Below, in pieces: positions 18,800 through 21,488 of a stretch of DNA of 21,488 bases. Source of the DNA: Paramoeba atlantica (Eukaryota > Protista > Discosea). The notes below the pieces were generated by a model. The model searched no databases, had not been told where the DNA came from, and saw only the letters and a program-made list of their open reading frames with translations. The stretch's first letter is position 1. Every line of letters starts with the position of its first letter. Both the position numbers and the translations under genes were made by a program. Where the stretch lies: NCBI GenBank assembly GCA_977017575.1, contig CDRNVI010000220.1:1-21488 (forward strand), written 5' to 3'.

Positions 18800-19136
18800 A
18801 CTACTGACAGTAGTGTGAGATTATCTGAGATTACCACTGATGATCTTACAGGGCATCGATGAATTTTATTGCGTATATCAGGTAAAACTGTCGCAAAGTG
18901 TCTTAGAATATCTTAGAATAATACCGAATCACATTTGTTTTTTGTTAGAATGTTTTTTCAAAAATTTGTTTTTTAGGGTACATTTTCACCATAGTCCTCC
19001 CGAAACTAAATATGCAGAAGAAATTAGGTGGCTACCTCTCATGCTCCGCTGTAGACCCCACTCTTTTTTATAGCGGGTACGGTACCCGATATAGTGGGTA
19101 CAGGCGGGTACGTACCCGCCGCATCTGGCCAAGGTA

Positions 19137-19340
19137 CTGTACCCCCGCTAGTTATCTGTCACTACTTTTCGGGAAAAGGTGACAGAAAAATATGGGGGTA
19201 GGGGTGTGACAGATAACCAGGGGGGTCTGTCACCAAAAAATAGAAAGAGAAAGAGTCACAAAAAAGGCATCTGTAACCCTGAGAAAATTCCTGTCTACCC
19301 TGGATTTCTTTCTTTTCTTCGTGCGCACGACCATTTACGT
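19137..19340. mobile_element. Diverged inverted copy of the right end of the 1643-2026 MITE family; other end not found
   Basis: TA|CTGTACCCCC; actacttttc(g)gaaaaggtgacaga, gtgtgacagataac, ggggtctgtcac and cgcacgaccatt match the reverse complement of 1840-2026. Confidence 0.75.
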
Positions 19341-19467
19341 TCAAGATGAAAGGAAAGGAAATAAAAGGTTCGTTCTCTTGAAAAAGATGAAAGCACACTT
19401 TGAGAAACTTACATCCGCTCATAAGGAATGAAAAACATAATTCTAAGAAATCTAAATATTTTTATTT

Positions 19468-20478
19468 ATGAAGTGCTACTTCATGTCATCTGTGCAGTTA
19501 GCACTTTTTATAACTTTCAAAGATACGCAAGCGCCACCGACAAAGAGACGGAGACTTAAGTCCAATTTTTCACCATCTGAAGCGCCGGAAGACATTTCAC
19601 AAACTAAAAAACCAGTTACTCGTACCGGAAAAGTGAGAGGAGCGAAACTACCACTGGAATACGACCTTGTGCGATTTGTAGCGGATATAAAAGGCCCACA
19701 TTCTTCCTGGAAGGCATCGACACCTGCATGTGAGTGGAAAAGTGTGATATGCGATGAGGATTCACGTGTCGAAAATATCGATTTGAGCTTCATGTACCTC
19801 AGTGGATCACTCCAATGGAGTTACTTACCCCGTACGGTGCTTTCTTTTGCCGCATCTGACAATCATCTTACAGGAACAGTACCATTTGACTTATTGCCAC
19901 CGGAACTCACGGATTTATGCCTACTTCAGAACGCGTTTAGCGGTGAGTTAGATTTTACACATCTCCCCGATACATTAAAGGAAATTAATTTGGCTTGGAA
20001 TTACTTTGACGGACGTGTAAACCTGACCCATTTGCCACCCAATTTGCTGAGTTTAAAACTTTATCACAACAAATTTTCCGGGAATCTTAACCTGTCCGAT
20101 TTGCCGAATACTATACGAAAAGTTTTCTTATTTGACAACCAATTCAAAGGTTCCGTTGACTTTACTCATTTGCCGGTACATTTAGTTGAACTTACTCTTT
20201 TTAATAACAACCTTTCCGGGGGTATCGACCTTTCTAGTTTACCACCCACTTTAAAGAGGCTTGACTTGAGTGACAACGAGTTTCACGGAATAGTGATGCT
20301 TAACGATCTGTCTACCGAATTACAAATACTCGTTTTGGAGAATAACGAAGATCTTTGTGGTGAGATTGATGTGCGTGCCATTCCAGAAGCTCTAGAAGAG
20401 GTACTCGTTAAAAATACCAAAATAGAGGTAATCGGACGTGAGCTTCCAACGGCGGATACACTCTGGCCCCCTTTATAA
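19468..20478 (+). CDS. LRR protein (336 aa), LRRNT-like cap and 8-9 repeats of 23 aa
   Basis: WKASTPACEWKSVIC cap; repeats such as DFTHLPDTLKEINLAWNYFDGRV; N-terminal PPTKRRRLK; intronless. Confidence 0.95.
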   Translation: MKCYFMSSVQLALFITFKDTQAPPTKRRRLKSNFSPSEAPEDISQTKKPVTRTGKVRGAKLPLEYDLVRFVADIKGPHSSWKASTPACEWKSVICDEDSRVENIDLSFMYLSGSLQWSYLPRTVLSFAASDNHLTGTVPFDLLPPELTDLCLLQNAFSGELDFTHLPDTLKEINLAWNYFDGRVNLTHLPPNLLSLKLYHNKFSGNLNLSDLPNTIRKVFLFDNQFKGSVDFTHLPVHLVELTLFNNNLSGGIDLSSLPPTLKRLDLSDNEFHGIVMLNDLSTELQILVLENNEDLCGEIDVRAIPEALEEVLVKNTKIEVIGRELPTADTLWPPL

Positions 20479-20599
20479 TAAAGGGGGATCCGTATAAAAT
20501 TAATACGACCCCCTGACACACGAATCTTTATACTCTCCCTCTCATTAATTTTTATAAATTATAAATTATATAAAAAAGTGAGCTATAATTATAATAAGA

Positions 20600-20850
20600 A
20601 AAAATTAATGATCCCGTATAAATGACCGCTATTCCAAAAACAGGTCGGCGTTAGTACGATCTGTAAGATGGTAGTGCCAGGGAAGACCGCGAGTAGGTCC
20701 CGACCATGCTTCCCCATGCTGAATTTTTTCAGTGAATCGCGTTTTACAAAAATCAGTATCTTCATCTCAGGAAGAAAATCCCCCCCAAAAAGATTGTCTT
20801 TTCCCCTACATGAGCATTTTTTCATGAATCAATATCTGAAGCTGAGAGTC
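20600..20850 (-). pseudogene. Degenerate coding relic, possibly the Merlin catalytic core
   Basis: LFGG...VFPGTTI then TD after a 1-nt shift; 20644-20699 matches 11400-11455 at 46/56 nt with no gaps. Confidence 0.35.
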
Positions 20851-21003
20851 AAATAAGCAAAAGAAATCACATAGAGGTAATGTACTATAAACAAAATAAA
20901 GTTTCTATTTTCACACCATCTGCCTCCAGCATAGAAATCAACCATTTGCGCTTTTCTGTAAGAAATTTCTTCGAAGGAAGTCTATCCACGTTCACAAAAT
21001 AAT

Positions 21004-21120
21004 TTTCTTTTTTAGGCTCTTCGTTAAACGCGGTGGTTGTTTTCAACTTAGAAGTCACTCATGCTGCGCGCTTCGCGTTGAAAACTACCACCGCGTTTAA
21101 CGAAGAGCCTAAAAAAGAAA
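21004..21120. repeat. Foldback element: 44-bp arms (1 mismatch), 29-bp spacer
   Basis: 21004-21047 pairs with 21077-21120; core is TA|GGCTCTTCG...CGAAGAGCC|TA. Confidence 0.93.
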
Positions 21121-21410
21121 CTTTGGCCTGGAAAGGTGAAGAAAACGGAAACATTCTAGACAAAAATAGCTGATTTTTGGGTAAAAGTGGGGCCATTTTT
21201 GCGTATTTTAGCTCTCAAGGCACTAAACCCGACATTTGCGTGCGGGAAATCACTCGTAGGCAGGAATGAAAGCCTACTGAACGTATTGGGTAGAGAATGC
21301 GACTCCAACCACACCATTCTTTCGACCCAAAAAGACCCCTTTTATAAATTTTTCTTCTATTATATTACTGTGTTCCTCTTTATATTTTCACTTTTTTTGT
21401 TCACTTTTTT

Positions 21411-21455
21411 TTCAATAATCGAGTGTAGAGCGGTAGTTTTACAACCACCGCAATA
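21411..21455 (+). repeat. Dispersed repeat copy 2
   Basis: Matches 12428-12470. Confidence 0.85.
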
Positions 21456-21488
21456 TTTTTTAGGCCCCTGGACCCCCCCCCCTGGACT

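Noticed and set aside
21461-21488. TA|GGCCCCTGGACCCCCCCCCCTGGAC as the start of another element
   Set aside because: Truncated by the window edge; cannot be evaluated

Overview
AT-rich eukaryotic (protist-like) nuclear DNA, almost entirely DNA transposons and their relics, with three intronless paralogous leucine-rich-repeat (LRR) genes of 23-aa period among them (2141-2870 frameshifted; 15089-15769 and 19468-20478 intact). Bounded elements I can delimit: a pogo DD35D element (3412-6197) with a nested MITE and an overlapping PHD-like Cys/His ORF; a PIF/Harbinger/IS5-like element (7271-9677) with a second, unrecognisable ORF; a Tc1/IS630-like DD35E element (17155-18496); and TA-flanked MITEs at 1643-2026, 3734-4114, 11497-11591 and 16918-17060. 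Relics include a Merlin/IS1595-like transposase, a Tc1-like transposase with DD47E spacing and an RRM fragment, plus many minisatellites, palindromes and orphan termini. No rRNA, tRNA or CRISPR array was seen. Family calls come from motif recognition by eye, not database searches. The ORF track uses TTG/GTG starts, which I moved to ATG where possible. The host (perhaps a Perkinsela-like kinetoplastid or an amoebozoan) is only an inference.
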